Assembly (NCBI GenBank): GCA_017393285.1
Contig: JAFORL010000106.1
Location: 1-58,371, forward strand
Source of the DNA: Lachnospiraceae bacterium
GTDB taxonomy: Bacteria; Bacillota; Clostridia; Lachnospirales; Lachnospiraceae
DNA: 58,371 nucleotides
Reading direction: 5' to 3'
Numbering within the stretch: position 1 is the stretch's first letter; every line of letters begins with the position of its first letter. The translations under genes and the position numbers were made by a program. Shown here one piece after another: positions 17,440-27,909 of this stretch. The notes under the pieces were generated by a model, which did not search any database, was not told the DNA's origin, and saw only the letters and a program-made list of their open reading frames with translations.

Positions 17440-18804
17440 TTACTCTACTTCTCCATTGGACTGAAAAATAAATTCCTGTAATTTTTCTTTATTTTGTTCC
17501 ACATTTGGTACCAAAACCAACTGCCCGTTGATTCGTTGTGAATCATAGCTATTATCCACTGGTATTCGATATTGCTGAATATCTGTTGTACCCATACTAA
17601 TCATATCCGTCATATATCCATAAATTTCATCGTTGGTCAAATCCGTAGTAATATTTGGCATAACCACCTTTACCATATCTAACAGTTTGCTATAGGATTT
17701 ACTTTTTGCCTTTTTAAATACAGCCTGTACCACTTTTCTTTGTCGCTCGGTACGTCCAAAGTCTGCCCGGATATCCTGACGGATTCGGGTATATGCCAAT
17801 GCCTGTGCACCATTTAGGGTATGTAAACCAGGTTGTACCTTCAGCACAGACCCTCTGTGATAAGCAGTGCGTAAATAATTGGCCTCCGCCTCTGTCAATT
17901 CAATGTCCACACCGCCAATTTCTTTTACCACCTGTTTAAAAGCAGCAAAATCCACTAAGGCATAGCCGTCTAATTTCAAATCAAAATTGTAGGCTATGGT
18001 TTTGTATAGCAATTCGATTCCACCATAGGAATAGGCCGCATTGAACTTTGCTTTTCCATGATTCGGAATATCGATATACATATCTCGCATCAAAGAGGTC
18101 AATTTCAAACATCTGTGCTTTTTATCAATGGTTGCCACCATGACACAATCGGAACGTCCCTGTTCCGACCAGGTTTCTCTTTTATCTGACCCTACTAACA
18201 ATATGTTAACGATATTGGAATCAGAACCCAATTTACTTTCGTCAATCTTTACTTCTGTCAAATCCAAAGAAGCCTGTTTTCTTTGATTTAAGATTTGATT
18301 CATCTGGGCTTTGGTTCTTCCTAAGAAACTACCCAAGCCAATGGCAATCAAACACATCACAACAAATCCCCAGCCAAAAAATCCAGACTTTTTCTTTCTG
18401 TTTTTCCCTTTTTTGCCAGACTTCCCATTTTTATTTGCAGGCACTGCCCGATTCTGTGTCATTTGTGTTTTTTTCGTATTATTTTCTGCAACTTTGGAAG
18501 ATTGTCCTACTCGCTTTTTTTTCTTCTTACGACTTTCTAATTCTCCCACCACTGATCTGTTCTGCTGCGTTTGTTTGGTATTATTTGGGGGATTACCATT
18601 TTTACGATTACTATTTTTTTGTTTTGGTTCTTTCTTTGGTCTTTCCTGTTCCTGCTCTCTGGTTGTTTTATCCCAATGGGTATCTTTTAAATAATCTTTT
18701 TGATAGGGACGATTGGCATACATATACTGTCTTTTGGTTTCTTTCCGAAAATCCGGTACTTGTACCTGACGCTTGGAAGATCTACGATTCTCGTCTTGCG
18801 GCAT
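17440..18804 (-). CDS. LytR-CpsA-Psr (LCP) family cell-wall glycopolymer ligase with a long basic low-complexity cytoplasmic N-terminus
   Basis: Start at MPQDENRR (RBS aggagg 7 nt upstream). TM segment GFFGWGFVVMCLIAIGLGSFLG. LCP core NILLVGSDKRE...GRSDCVMVATID. Confidence 0.85.
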   Translation of the reverse strand: MPQDENRRSSKRQVQVPDFRKETKRQYMYANRPYQKDYLKDTHWDKTTREQEQERPKKEPKQKNSNRKNGNPPNNTKQTQQNRSVVGELESRKKKKKRVGQSSKVAENNTKKTQMTQNRAVPANKNGKSGKKGKNRKKKSGFFGWGFVVMCLIAIGLGSFLGRTKAQMNQILNQRKQASLDLTEVKIDESKLGSDSNIVNILLVGSDKRETWSEQGRSDCVMVATIDKKHRCLKLTSLMRDMYIDIPNHGKAKFNAAYSYGGIELLYKTIAYNFDLKLDGYALVDFAAFKQVVKEIGGVDIELTEAEANYLRTAYHRGSVLKVQPGLHTLNGAQALAYTRIRQDIRADFGRTERQRKVVQAVFKKAKSKSYSKLLDMVKVVMPNITTDLTNDEIYGYMTDMISMGTTDIQQYRIPVDNSYDSQRINGQLVLVPNVEQNKEKLQEFIFQSNGEVE

Positions 18805-18849
18805 TCTTTCTCCTCCTTCTATTTCCATTGCATATTGTTTTGCAATCCT

Positions 18850-19773
18850 CTATATCAACAAAAATAATCCGATATTTCTTATTTTTCCACTTTTCCAATA
18901 GCCATAACGGAAAAGTCTATCTTTCCGTTCAATCCAATTCACACTTTGCAAATTGGCAAAATCAGCTATAATCTGTCTTTGTTCTTCCAGTATATCGCCA
19001 TTATAAATTTCCAGAAATTCCCATGCTTGTTTTTCACAGGCGATTAAATTTTCTTTCTGATCCGGGAAATGCTGTATTTTATTCCATACATACGAAACAA
19101 AATTCTGTGCCCCTACCACATTGGCTCCATGCTGTCTATAATACATGGTTACCTGATCAAAATAATAGACCTGTCCAAAGGTAGCTGCAATCAAGGCAAC
19201 CCACCAATCGTGATAACGAGCCTGCTGTGGTGCAACTACCAGCTTCTCTGTCAAGGCACGATTGAACATAGCGGTACAGCCAATGACTTTATTTTCAATC
19301 AAAAGGTGTTGTAAATCAATTTTTGTAGTATCTAATTTATTGTAAGCAAAAAAAGAATCTCCCATTTTTTGCAAGACAGCATTGACTAACTTTGCATCTG
19401 TAAATACCAAAACCGGTTTCTTGCTTTCTGCTTCCTGCTCTTTTTCCTGCATGAAATGTAAGGTATCTGCAATTTTATTTGGAAACCACACATCATCCTG
19501 GTCACAAAACATAATATAGTCTCCTTTGGCACGTTTTGCTCCCTCCAGGAAATTGTTAGTTACGCCTACATTCTCCTGATTCACAGTAATGGATATTTTG
19601 TCGGGATAACGCTCCTGCCAGGCAGTCGCAATCTCTAGCGTACGGTCTGTAGAACCATCATCACATATTTCTAAATGCCAGTCTGTGTAAGTATTTTTTA
19701 CAATTGATTCAATTTGTTCTTCTAAATATGCCGCTCCATTGTAAGTCGCCATCACAATACTTACCATAGCCAT
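18850..19773 (-). CDS. Family-2 glycosyltransferase (GT-A fold)
   Basis: VSIVMATYNGAAYLEEQIESI...CDDGSTDRT...FCDQDDVW. Confidence 0.85.
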   Translation of the reverse strand: MAMVSIVMATYNGAAYLEEQIESIVKNTYTDWHLEICDDGSTDRTLEIATAWQERYPDKISITVNQENVGVTNNFLEGAKRAKGDYIMFCDQDDVWFPNKIADTLHFMQEKEQEAESKKPVLVFTDAKLVNAVLQKMGDSFFAYNKLDTTKIDLQHLLIENKVIGCTAMFNRALTEKLVVAPQQARYHDWWVALIAATFGQVYYFDQVTMYYRQHGANVVGAQNFVSYVWNKIQHFPDQKENLIACEKQAWEFLEIYNGDILEEQRQIIADFANLQSVNWIERKDRLFRYGYWKSGKIRNIGLFLLI

Positions 19774-19779
19774 AATCTC

Positions 19780-20730
19780 TTACCCCTTTCCATTGTTCCA
19801 ATAACTTTTTTGGCTGCTCGCCATACGTATCAACCACAAAGGTAATTTGTCATATCTTTTTCCAAATTGGTAGCCCAAAAATTTCCATCCGCTCTGCCAA
19901 ATTAATGAAATAATGGCATCGATTCTTTTTTTCCGCCACAGATACGCCAATGTCTGTAACACCAACTTTTTCCCTTCTTTTTCAGAGGAAATGCCGGAAA
20001 ATATTTCTTTGTACTGACGATGGGAAACCCCCAAGTCAAAATTTCTCTGAAACTGTTGCTTTCCGTTATATTTATGTGCATGCCAGACTTTTGCATCTGC
20101 TGCATATACCACTGTATAACCCGCCTCTATCATTTTGGCAGCCATAATCATATCTTCATTGAAGATGGTCTTGGTAACAAAACCGCCCATTTGATCATAA
20201 ACGGATTTGCGGTACATGGCACAAACGTCTGAGCAAAAATAGGTTTTTATTCCCAAACGTTGCAAATCTGCCTTTGTCTTTTTTTGCGACTGGTCCGGAT
20301 AATTAAACTGTCGGGTATAGTGTTCTATAATGCCCACTTCTATTGTTGCCAATTGTTTTGCATAGGCAGCAGCTACTTCTTCTTCTGCAAACTGGGCAAT
20401 CAAATTTTCAATTAAAAACGCATTTTTCGGCACTGCATCCTGTGTCATCAATAATACCAGCGGACTCTTTGCCAAGGCAACCCCTTGATTGCGGGTACCA
20501 CCATGATTAAATGCTTCTGGCAGAATCGGCACAAGGGTAACCCCTTCGACCTGCTTATATCTTTCTTGTAATTCTTCATCTTCTTCTGTTTTCCCTTGGG
20601 TCCACATAAGAAAAATATTGGCGGGACGTATACTTTGTTGTCCCATTTTTTTCATCAAATGGTGAAATTTTTCATCTGGTTTATATACAGGAATAATCAC
20701 ATCTACTGCTATTTGGTCTGCTTGTCCCAT
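19780..20730 (-). CDS. Glycosyltransferase, GT2-like (rhamnosyltransferase-like)
   Basis: VDVIIPVYKPDEKF...LLMTQDAVP. Sits 7 nt upstream of the preceding GT2 gene. Confidence 0.75.
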   Translation of the reverse strand: MGQADQIAVDVIIPVYKPDEKFHHLMKKMGQQSIRPANIFLMWTQGKTEEDEELQERYKQVEGVTLVPILPEAFNHGGTRNQGVALAKSPLVLLMTQDAVPKNAFLIENLIAQFAEEEVAAAYAKQLATIEVGIIEHYTRQFNYPDQSQKKTKADLQRLGIKTYFCSDVCAMYRKSVYDQMGGFVTKTIFNEDMIMAAKMIEAGYTVVYAADAKVWHAHKYNGKQQFQRNFDLGVSHRQYKEIFSGISSEKEGKKLVLQTLAYLWRKKRIDAIISLIWQSGWKFLGYQFGKRYDKLPLWLIRMASSQKSYWNNGKG

Positions 20731-20745
20731 CTATTCTTCTCCTTG

Positions 20746-23184
20746 CTATTTTTCTAGTAGTTTTTGCACCAGCACCACAGCCTCCTGTGCATCTTTGGAA
20801 TAGCCGTCTGCTCCTATTTCATCTGCAAAACTTTGCGTAACCACAGCACCGCCAATGATAATCTGGCAGTCCAAATTTTCTTTCTTCGCCAGTTCCACAA
20901 CGGTTTTCATATTCATCATGGTGGTTGTCATTAATGCAGATAAACCAATTATTTTTGCCTGTTCTTTTTTGGCAACTGCTACGATTTCTTCTGCTGGTAC
21001 GTCTTTTCCTAAATCTATAACACGATATCCATAATTTTTCAGCATCAAAACAACTAAATTTTTACCGATATCATGCACGTCTCCCTCTACCGTAGCCATT
21101 ACAACGGTTACACTTTCTCCATCTTCCTTTCCACTTTGCAACATAGGCTCTAAGTACTCAATGGCTACCTTCATAGCCTCTGCACTACTGATTAATTGTG
21201 GAAGGAAATAGGTACCCTGATCAAACAAAGCTCCTACATGATTGATACCCGGTATCAGCATATGATCCAATATTTCATTGGCTTCTACACCTTCTGCCAA
21301 GGCTGCTTTCACCAAATCTACAATACCTGCCTGATTTCCTTTTACCACACTATCAAATATAGGGTGATTTTTCTTTTGCTGTCCGCCTGGTGCATTGGCT
21401 TCTGCGGTCTGGGTAGTCATAACCATCTTTCGCTTGGTTACCCTGTCAATGTAACGCAAATCACTTTCCTCACGATTTAACAGTAAATCGCAGGCTGCTG
21501 CAATATTCATTAATAAATCTTGTGAAGGATTGGCAATGGCCATGGTCAATCCTTCTTTTATGGCAAATGCCAAAAAAGTACTATTTACAAAGATACGCTC
21601 TGGCAATCCAAAGGAAATATTGGACAAACCACAGGTAGTAGCTACACCCAATTCATTTTTACAATATCGTATCGTTTCCATGGTTTCAATAGACGCACGT
21701 TTGTTGGCACCTATGGTATTTACCAAACCGTCTACCACCACATCTTCTTTTGTCAACCCACAGCTATAGGCACGTTTTAATACTGTCTGTATGATAGATT
21801 TCTTTTCTGCTAAATCTTTTGGCAAGCCTTCATCTGACACCGGTAATAAAACAAACATGGCACCATATTTTTTTGCAATCGGTATTAATTTTTCATATTT
21901 TTCTGTTTCCAAAGAAATGGAATTGATTAGGGCACGCCCAGGATAAATACGCAAGGCAGCCTCCATAACATCTATATTACTGGTATCTATGGATAATGGA
22001 ATGTTAGACATCATGGTGATATGGTACAATACCTTCAGCATCATCTCTCCTTCATCAATTCCATTCATACCTACATTTACATCTAAAATATCCGCTCCCA
22101 GTTCCACTTGCTCTTCCACAAATTGACTGATGATATCTAATTTTCCTTCTCGCAATTCTGCTTGTAGGGCTTTCTTTCCAGTTGGATTGATTCGTTCCCC
22201 CACCACCATAAAATTGCCCTCTTCAATGTCAATTTTGACAGTGTTTCTCTCTGTAGTAACTGCTCTGATTTTTTTTCTTTCAATCTTTGGCACTGGTTTT
22301 TGCGCTATGGCTTTGGTCAAGGCCTGGATATGGTCCGGTGTGGTTCCACAACAACCACCTACAATAGAGACGCCTTTGTCCATCAATTTAACCATCTCTA
22401 CCGCAAATTCTTCCGGTCCCATATGGAATACGGTCTTGCCATTTTCTAATACCGGCAAACCGGCATTGGGTTTTACGATAATCGGTACATTGGCTACTGC
22501 CCGCATCTGTTCCACCATTTGATGCATTTGGTCCGGTCCCGTAGAACAATTTAATCCTACACCATCTGCCCCAATACTTTGTAATACAATCATGGCAGTT
22601 TCCGGATCTGTTCCAAAGAGGGTTCTGCCATCTTCATTAAAGGTCAGGGTAACAAGTACAGGCAAATCACAGGTTTCCTTAATGGCAAATACAGCTGCAC
22701 GACTTTCCTGTAAACTCATCATGGTTTCCACCACAAACAAGTCTACCCCTGCCTCTACTAAAATTTTTACCTGTTCTTTGTAGATATCTACTAACTCCTC
22801 AAATTGCAAGGTACCCATTGGATAGAGCTGCTGCCCTGTCATCGTCAAATCCCCTGCAATATAGATTGGACGCGAAGCCCCAGCCTCTGCTCTGGCAGCT
22901 TTAGAAATGCCAACCAATTTCTGATTCATTTCTACAATTTGGTCTGCCAATCCGTATTCCTGCAATTTCAAACGGTTTCCACCAAAGGTAGGGGCATATA
23001 AGATATCTGTACCGGCTAAGATATAGTCTTTTTGCAACTGCTTCATAATCTCTTGATTTTCAATAATCCACTGTTCCGGACAAACACCTATGGGCATACC
23101 TTTTTTTTGTAAATTAGAGCCTGTTGCTCCATCCAGCACAACAATTTTCTCTTGTATCAATTGCACAAATTCCTGTCTTGTCAT
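20746..23184 (-). CDS. metH: Cobalamin-dependent methionine synthase, short form (homocysteine-binding, pterin-binding and B12-binding modules; no C-terminal AdoMet reactivation module)
   Basis: 812 aa. Hcy S-methyltransferase N-terminus (VLDGATGSNL...GGCCGTTPDHI), pterin-binding middle region, B12 motif EGDVHDIGKN near the C-terminus. Confidence 0.9.
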   Translation of the reverse strand: MTRQEFVQLIQEKIVVLDGATGSNLQKKGMPIGVCPEQWIIENQEIMKQLQKDYILAGTDILYAPTFGGNRLKLQEYGLADQIVEMNQKLVGISKAARAEAGASRPIYIAGDLTMTGQQLYPMGTLQFEELVDIYKEQVKILVEAGVDLFVVETMMSLQESRAAVFAIKETCDLPVLVTLTFNEDGRTLFGTDPETAMIVLQSIGADGVGLNCSTGPDQMHQMVEQMRAVANVPIIVKPNAGLPVLENGKTVFHMGPEEFAVEMVKLMDKGVSIVGGCCGTTPDHIQALTKAIAQKPVPKIERKKIRAVTTERNTVKIDIEEGNFMVVGERINPTGKKALQAELREGKLDIISQFVEEQVELGADILDVNVGMNGIDEGEMMLKVLYHITMMSNIPLSIDTSNIDVMEAALRIYPGRALINSISLETEKYEKLIPIAKKYGAMFVLLPVSDEGLPKDLAEKKSIIQTVLKRAYSCGLTKEDVVVDGLVNTIGANKRASIETMETIRYCKNELGVATTCGLSNISFGLPERIFVNSTFLAFAIKEGLTMAIANPSQDLLMNIAAACDLLLNREESDLRYIDRVTKRKMVMTTQTAEANAPGGQQKKNHPIFDSVVKGNQAGIVDLVKAALAEGVEANEILDHMLIPGINHVGALFDQGTYFLPQLISSAEAMKVAIEYLEPMLQSGKEDGESVTVVMATVEGDVHDIGKNLVVLMLKNYGYRVIDLGKDVPAEEIVAVAKKEQAKIIGLSALMTTTMMNMKTVVELAKKENLDCQIIIGGAVVTQSFADEIGADGYSKDAQEAVVLVQKLLEK

Positions 23185-23237
23185 TTGATTCCTCCTTATG
23201 TTATGTTCCTGTCTTAAAGACCGCTCTTTCCACGTTC

Positions 23238-25787
23238 CTATCCTTCATTCAAATAACCGATAAATGCGTTGCCTCCTGCTTTCCAAACAGCTTCCATACT
23301 GGATAAGCCCTTGGTTTCTGCCTTTCCTGTAGCAAAATTCACATACGTGACACTGGTCTCTGTATAGCCCACAATCAAATGAAAACTACCTTCTTTTGTC
23401 ATGGCAATAACTGGTCGATTTCCACTGACAAAATACAATACTTCGTCTAAGGTACAACCTTTTAAATTGATTACTTCTACGTTCTTTCCTAAATACTTCT
23501 TCATCAATGCATAGGCACTATGGCTACTCTGACTCAATTGTTCTGCATCACCCTTTACATGCTGATAAGCAAACAGGGTGGCCAAGGCTGCTCCCTTGCT
23601 ATTGACACCAACACCAATCTTCACTGGTGTAATATTTCCAATCTGATGATTGGTATATTTACCGGCACGTTCATAAACCAACTGGTTATTTTGATTGATG
23701 ACAACTCCCATGGCATCTTCTGCTGCCATAATGGCCTTAGCCGGACTGGTATAACTGTCTAAAATAACTCCTTCCCCGTATACATAGTATTTTTTCAGGT
23801 TCTTGGCATTTCCATCCAGACGAATAATTTTGTTCTCGGTAATAAGCGTGTTCTTTGCTATTTTTAAATTTGGCAGCTTATCCATTTTGCTTTGACTATT
23901 GGTAAGCAAATAATACTCTGTCAAATTCTTCTCTGTCACTCTTTTTTTGAAAGGTGATGCTTTTCGTTTTGAAGACATTTGATTTTGAATACTGTCTTGT
24001 TTTCTCACATTGACGTAGCTGCCATTTTCCCTTTTAATCAGTTCTAATTTTACCACGTCATCTTCTACATAGGCTCTGGAAACATAGCAATTGGTAGGTT
24101 TATAGTTTTTCAAAAGATTACCATCATTGTCTACAATACAGATTTTGTACATAGGGGTAATAACGGTTCCATCTTCTGTCTCTTCAATGTCACTGGTCTT
24201 GGCAATACCATACACAATGTTCGTATTGACGGAACCTACCAGTATAATTCTTTCATCTTTGTCCGTGGTTACTGCTTTGGTTTTGTTTTTTTCTAAATTG
24301 AGTACCAATACTTTTCTGGACTTTTTATCTTCTGCGTTTTTCTGCCAAGCCAATACACCGGCAGATTTCACGTAGGCATAATCACCTTCTTCTACATCTG
24401 TCGCAATAATTTTCAAACTTTTGGCTGCAGAGTCATAGGCATATATTACATTATCTACGGAAAAATAAAATACACCACCACTACTTACATAGGTAAAGGG
24501 GTCGATATTTTCCTTTAACATTTGATAGGTGGTCTCCATAGGAATAAATACCTGTTCCTCGATTCGATTCTCTGCTGCCTTGTAACGATACCATAAAATA
24601 CCTACGCAGCCTTCATAATCTCCGGCATTCATATAGCCATAAACCATAAAATCCACATTCCCATCATCATCTACATTGATAATCTGTACATTATGCGAAT
24701 CGTTGCCTGCGCGGACATAATCCTGACTGTCTCCCAAAAAAGAGAAAATGCGGGTTGCAACATTTTTTGTTGTGGAATAGCCCCAAACCTCTCCATTGGT
24801 TACAAATGCCATATAACTTCCCTCTGGTGAATTTTCACACTGTACCCCTTTTAAATTGGTGATACCCAGCTTAAATTCTTTATTGGAAAGACTGGTTTTT
24901 TCTAAATCAAATAAAGTAGACATATCACGATTATATTTCAAAAGATACATTCTTCCACCTGCATATCGAACTCGGAAAAATTCTTTTACCCTGCAGATTT
25001 CCTCCCCATTATTGCTCTGGATTTTAACCATGTACTGTAAGCAAACAGAGGCGGTTTCTATATTAAACTCCTTGATGGTAGGGACAATTTCAGAAATCAC
25101 TTCCGGTGACAAACTTCCCCAGCTAATCAATTCTTTGGAAGAGGTAATATCTAAATTTGCATAGGTGTCATTATTATTGGTGTAGGACCATTCCAAATAA
25201 GATGCCACTTTTTCTATTTTTGTCTTATCCAAGGTATATTGATGGAAACGATTCACAAATTCCAATTTTTCTTTCAAGTAACAATCATCACCATAATACT
25301 TGATATGCGTAAAGTAATGGATTTTCTTTCCATCTTTGGAAACGCCTGTGACCTTTAAGGCATATTCCTTTCCCTGTTCCATACTGCTATCCAGAGTAAG
25401 GGTAGCTACCTTTCCTGCTTTGGTCTCTTCCATTACTGCCATTTCCTTTTGACTGATTAAGGTATTATCATTCACATTTCTAAGTTCATAGATAATTTTA
25501 CGAACGGTAATTTCATCCTCTTGAATAATCAGGGAAATCTGTCGATCTGCCCCCACCGGTGTCATACTTTCCCGGTCTACTGCTGCCTTTAAATTACTAT
25601 TATAACCACGTAGTACATTGATGGTGTATCCTTGGGTCTTCACGTACATAATTGGAAAAGTAGGTGTCCCCTGCGCAATGCTTTTTGCCTTTCCGACACC
25701 TCCTGTTTCGCGAATTATGCCACTAAACAAGGCTGTGGCAATTACAAATACTGTTATAGATATGATGGCACGAACCACATGCTTCAT
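23238..25787 (-). CDS. Membrane-anchored hypothetical protein, large beta-rich extracellular region (849 aa)
   Basis: Start at MKHVVRAIISITVFVIATALFSG (TM). Its ATG (25787-25785) overlaps the TGA of the upstream methyltransferase in an ATGA arrangement. I recognise no catalytic motif. Confidence 0.7.
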   Translation of the reverse strand: MKHVVRAIISITVFVIATALFSGIIRETGGVGKAKSIAQGTPTFPIMYVKTQGYTINVLRGYNSNLKAAVDRESMTPVGADRQISLIIQEDEITVRKIIYELRNVNDNTLISQKEMAVMEETKAGKVATLTLDSSMEQGKEYALKVTGVSKDGKKIHYFTHIKYYGDDCYLKEKLEFVNRFHQYTLDKTKIEKVASYLEWSYTNNNDTYANLDITSSKELISWGSLSPEVISEIVPTIKEFNIETASVCLQYMVKIQSNNGEEICRVKEFFRVRYAGGRMYLLKYNRDMSTLFDLEKTSLSNKEFKLGITNLKGVQCENSPEGSYMAFVTNGEVWGYSTTKNVATRIFSFLGDSQDYVRAGNDSHNVQIINVDDDGNVDFMVYGYMNAGDYEGCVGILWYRYKAAENRIEEQVFIPMETTYQMLKENIDPFTYVSSGGVFYFSVDNVIYAYDSAAKSLKIIATDVEEGDYAYVKSAGVLAWQKNAEDKKSRKVLVLNLEKNKTKAVTTDKDERIILVGSVNTNIVYGIAKTSDIEETEDGTVITPMYKICIVDNDGNLLKNYKPTNCYVSRAYVEDDVVKLELIKRENGSYVNVRKQDSIQNQMSSKRKASPFKKRVTEKNLTEYYLLTNSQSKMDKLPNLKIAKNTLITENKIIRLDGNAKNLKKYYVYGEGVILDSYTSPAKAIMAAEDAMGVVINQNNQLVYERAGKYTNHQIGNITPVKIGVGVNSKGAALATLFAYQHVKGDAEQLSQSSHSAYALMKKYLGKNVEVINLKGCTLDEVLYFVSGNRPVIAMTKEGSFHLIVGYTETSVTYVNFATGKAETKGLSSMEAVWKAGGNAFIGYLNEG

Positions 25788-26974
25788 GATCGCTTCCTCT
25801 TTTCTTTCTCTTCTTCTAACAAAGTTTGTAGTGTCAATTTGGTGCCCATAAATTGAGACATTGCAAGACAATTTTGCCAAGCTTTTTCTTCTGCCTTGGC
25901 ATTGGATTTTTTCACGCCTCGAATCATAAGATTTTTCGGTGTATGCTCCATATCAATAAATTCTAAAATCTGTGTCTGATACCCACTGGCCTCCAATAAA
26001 TTGGCTCTGTGTGCATCTGTAAATAAGGCTGCACAACGTTCCTGAATAATCCCATATTGAAACAGGGGTGCCAACTCTGGCATCTGCATATTTTGATTTA
26101 ATTCATGCTGACAACAAGGCACAGATAAAATGACACTGGCATTCCATTTGATTGCCTTGTACAAAGCATAATCTGTTGCTGTATTGCAGGCATGTAAGGT
26201 AACTACCATATCCACCTGCTCTACGCCGTCATAATCCGCTACATTTCCTTCTAAAAATTGCAATTTCTCATAGCCATATTTGTCTTTTAATTGATTACAA
26301 TGGGCAATTACATCTTTTTTTAAGTCTAATCCTATGATGCGTACATTGTAGGATTTTAATTCATGCAAATAATAATACATGGCAAAGGTGAGGTAGGATT
26401 TTCCACAGCCAAAGTCTAATATGGTTACCTCTCGGTCTTTTGCCAAATAAGGCAATATATCCTCTATAAATTCTAAAAATCGATTGATCTGCTTAAATTT
26501 ATCATATCTGGTTCGAACAATTTTTCCCTCTTGGGTCATAACCCCCAAATCCACCAAAAAGGGTACTCTTGTTCCTTCTTCTAAAATGTAATGTTTTTTT
26601 CTGTTATGGGACAAATCCAGTCGGAAAGGGATTTCATTTTTTCTTTGTTTTTGTTTGATGGTAACTTTTCCTTTTTTGCTGACTAATATGCTAACCTCTT
26701 GCTCTTGGGTAGTAATTTGTCCCTGTTTCATTCCATATTTCTCTTTGTCAAACCAACTTACTGCTTCCATTTTGGCTTCCTCTAAAGATTTATTCTCATG
26801 AAACACCTGTTTTCCTTTATATTTTGTAATTTGCACCTGCAGTTTTCCTTTTATTTGTATCAAACGAAATTTTATTTTTGTTACTTCTTGTGATTTAGAA
26901 GGGTTGCTAATGACACCTTCTACCAATTGTTCTGTCATGACTGCTGCCAATACTTGTTCTAAATTTGTATCCAT
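25784..26974 (-). CDS. Class I SAM-dependent methyltransferase with an N-terminal extra domain (396 aa)
   Basis: Motif I VTILDFGCGKSYLTFAMYY; post-I IIGLDL; VVTLHACNTATD. RBS aagagga present. Confidence 0.8.
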   Translation of the reverse strand: MDTNLEQVLAAVMTEQLVEGVISNPSKSQEVTKIKFRLIQIKGKLQVQITKYKGKQVFHENKSLEEAKMEAVSWFDKEKYGMKQGQITTQEQEVSILVSKKGKVTIKQKQRKNEIPFRLDLSHNRKKHYILEEGTRVPFLVDLGVMTQEGKIVRTRYDKFKQINRFLEFIEDILPYLAKDREVTILDFGCGKSYLTFAMYYYLHELKSYNVRIIGLDLKKDVIAHCNQLKDKYGYEKLQFLEGNVADYDGVEQVDMVVTLHACNTATDYALYKAIKWNASVILSVPCCQHELNQNMQMPELAPLFQYGIIQERCAALFTDAHRANLLEASGYQTQILEFIDMEHTPKNLMIRGVKKSNAKAEEKAWQNCLAMSQFMGTKLTLQTLLEEEKEKRKRS

Positions 26975-27131
26975 CGATTTCCTCTTTCATCTTTTTATCG
27001 TTTTATTCATACAAAATTCTCTCAGTTCCTATTCTTTCAATTTTAACACTTCTATACTAGTGTCTGCAAGTATTTCTTTCACACCTTCCTTATGTTTGCA
27101 TAGAATAATAAAAAAATCAAGATGTGATTCG

Positions 27132-27662
27132 ATGTTTTCTTCAAGTCCACCACAAGTACCTTATGTTTTTCTCGTGCCAAATGATAAAAAATTGGATATT
27201 TTTGCACAAGATGTTGCCTCTTCTTATGCACAGGACAGCGCATATTTTTCCAGTTTATCCCCAAAATTTGTACAGGACATGGAAAAAAAAGTGGAAGAAT
27301 TTTGTAAGCAGTATGACTATGAAGGTAGTTTCATCTATGCTGCCGAACCGGATGAAACCTTACTGGCACAAATGTTAGACCAACTGACAGAAAGCCTTTC
27401 TACGCCTTCTTATCAGGCACAACAATATGTCATTCCGCCTGCACCTATTCCACCTGTGAAACCACCTTACAGGCCACCTTTGGGACCACCTCCCAGACCG
27501 CTACCTCCACCAAGGCCATTGCCTCCACCTTCCAGACCACTGCCTCCACCAGTAAATCATAATGACTGGTTTCGGTATTTCCTGCAGGGTTTACTATTCA
27601 AAGAATTGACGAAGAGACGGAATTGCAGAGGGGGTCCTTGTCATACCGGTCAAATTTTCTAG
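27132..27662 (+). CDS. Hypothetical proline-rich protein (176 aa)
   Basis: The track ORF is trimmed to the first ATG that clears the divergent methyltransferase. PPAPIPPVKPPYRPPLGPPPRPLPPPRPLPPPSRPLPPP tract. No clear RBS, so the start and coding status are uncertain. Confidence 0.4.
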   Translation: MFSSSPPQVPYVFLVPNDKKLDIFAQDVASSYAQDSAYFSSLSPKFVQDMEKKVEEFCKQYDYEGSFIYAAEPDETLLAQMLDQLTESLSTPSYQAQQYVIPPAPIPPVKPPYRPPLGPPPRPLPPPRPLPPPSRPLPPPVNHNDWFRYFLQGLLFKELTKRRNCRGGPCHTGQIF

Positions 27663-27804
27663 TAGATGAACTTCTTAAAAAACTTGCAGAAGCGATCTAC
27701 TGAAAATACTTTTCATGCATGAAAGTGTATTGCATGCAAGCATACATTCCAGTTGCCTATGGAAAACACTTTCAAAGTAAAAATGCTGCTACAATAGGAA
27801 TACC

Positions 27805-27839
27805 AAAAAATATATAGGAAAGCTCCCTTATATTTTTTT
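27805..27839. terminator. Bidirectional terminator between the proline-rich ORF and the ANTAR gene
   Basis: aaaaaatatataggaaagctcccttatattttttt: A-run, stem, T-run. Confidence 0.5.
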
Positions 27840-27909
27840 ATTCTTATTGCAACAGCCTTTCTATTTTCCAAAGAAGCATTTTGAAAACGCCATAGGACCT
27901 GCCCTATGT

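Noticed and set aside
17300-17440. T-box leader upstream of ilvN
   Set aside because: The leader from the predicted transcription start is only about 100 nt. It has no T-box consensus (...tggtaccgcg-like) and no terminator/antiterminator pair.
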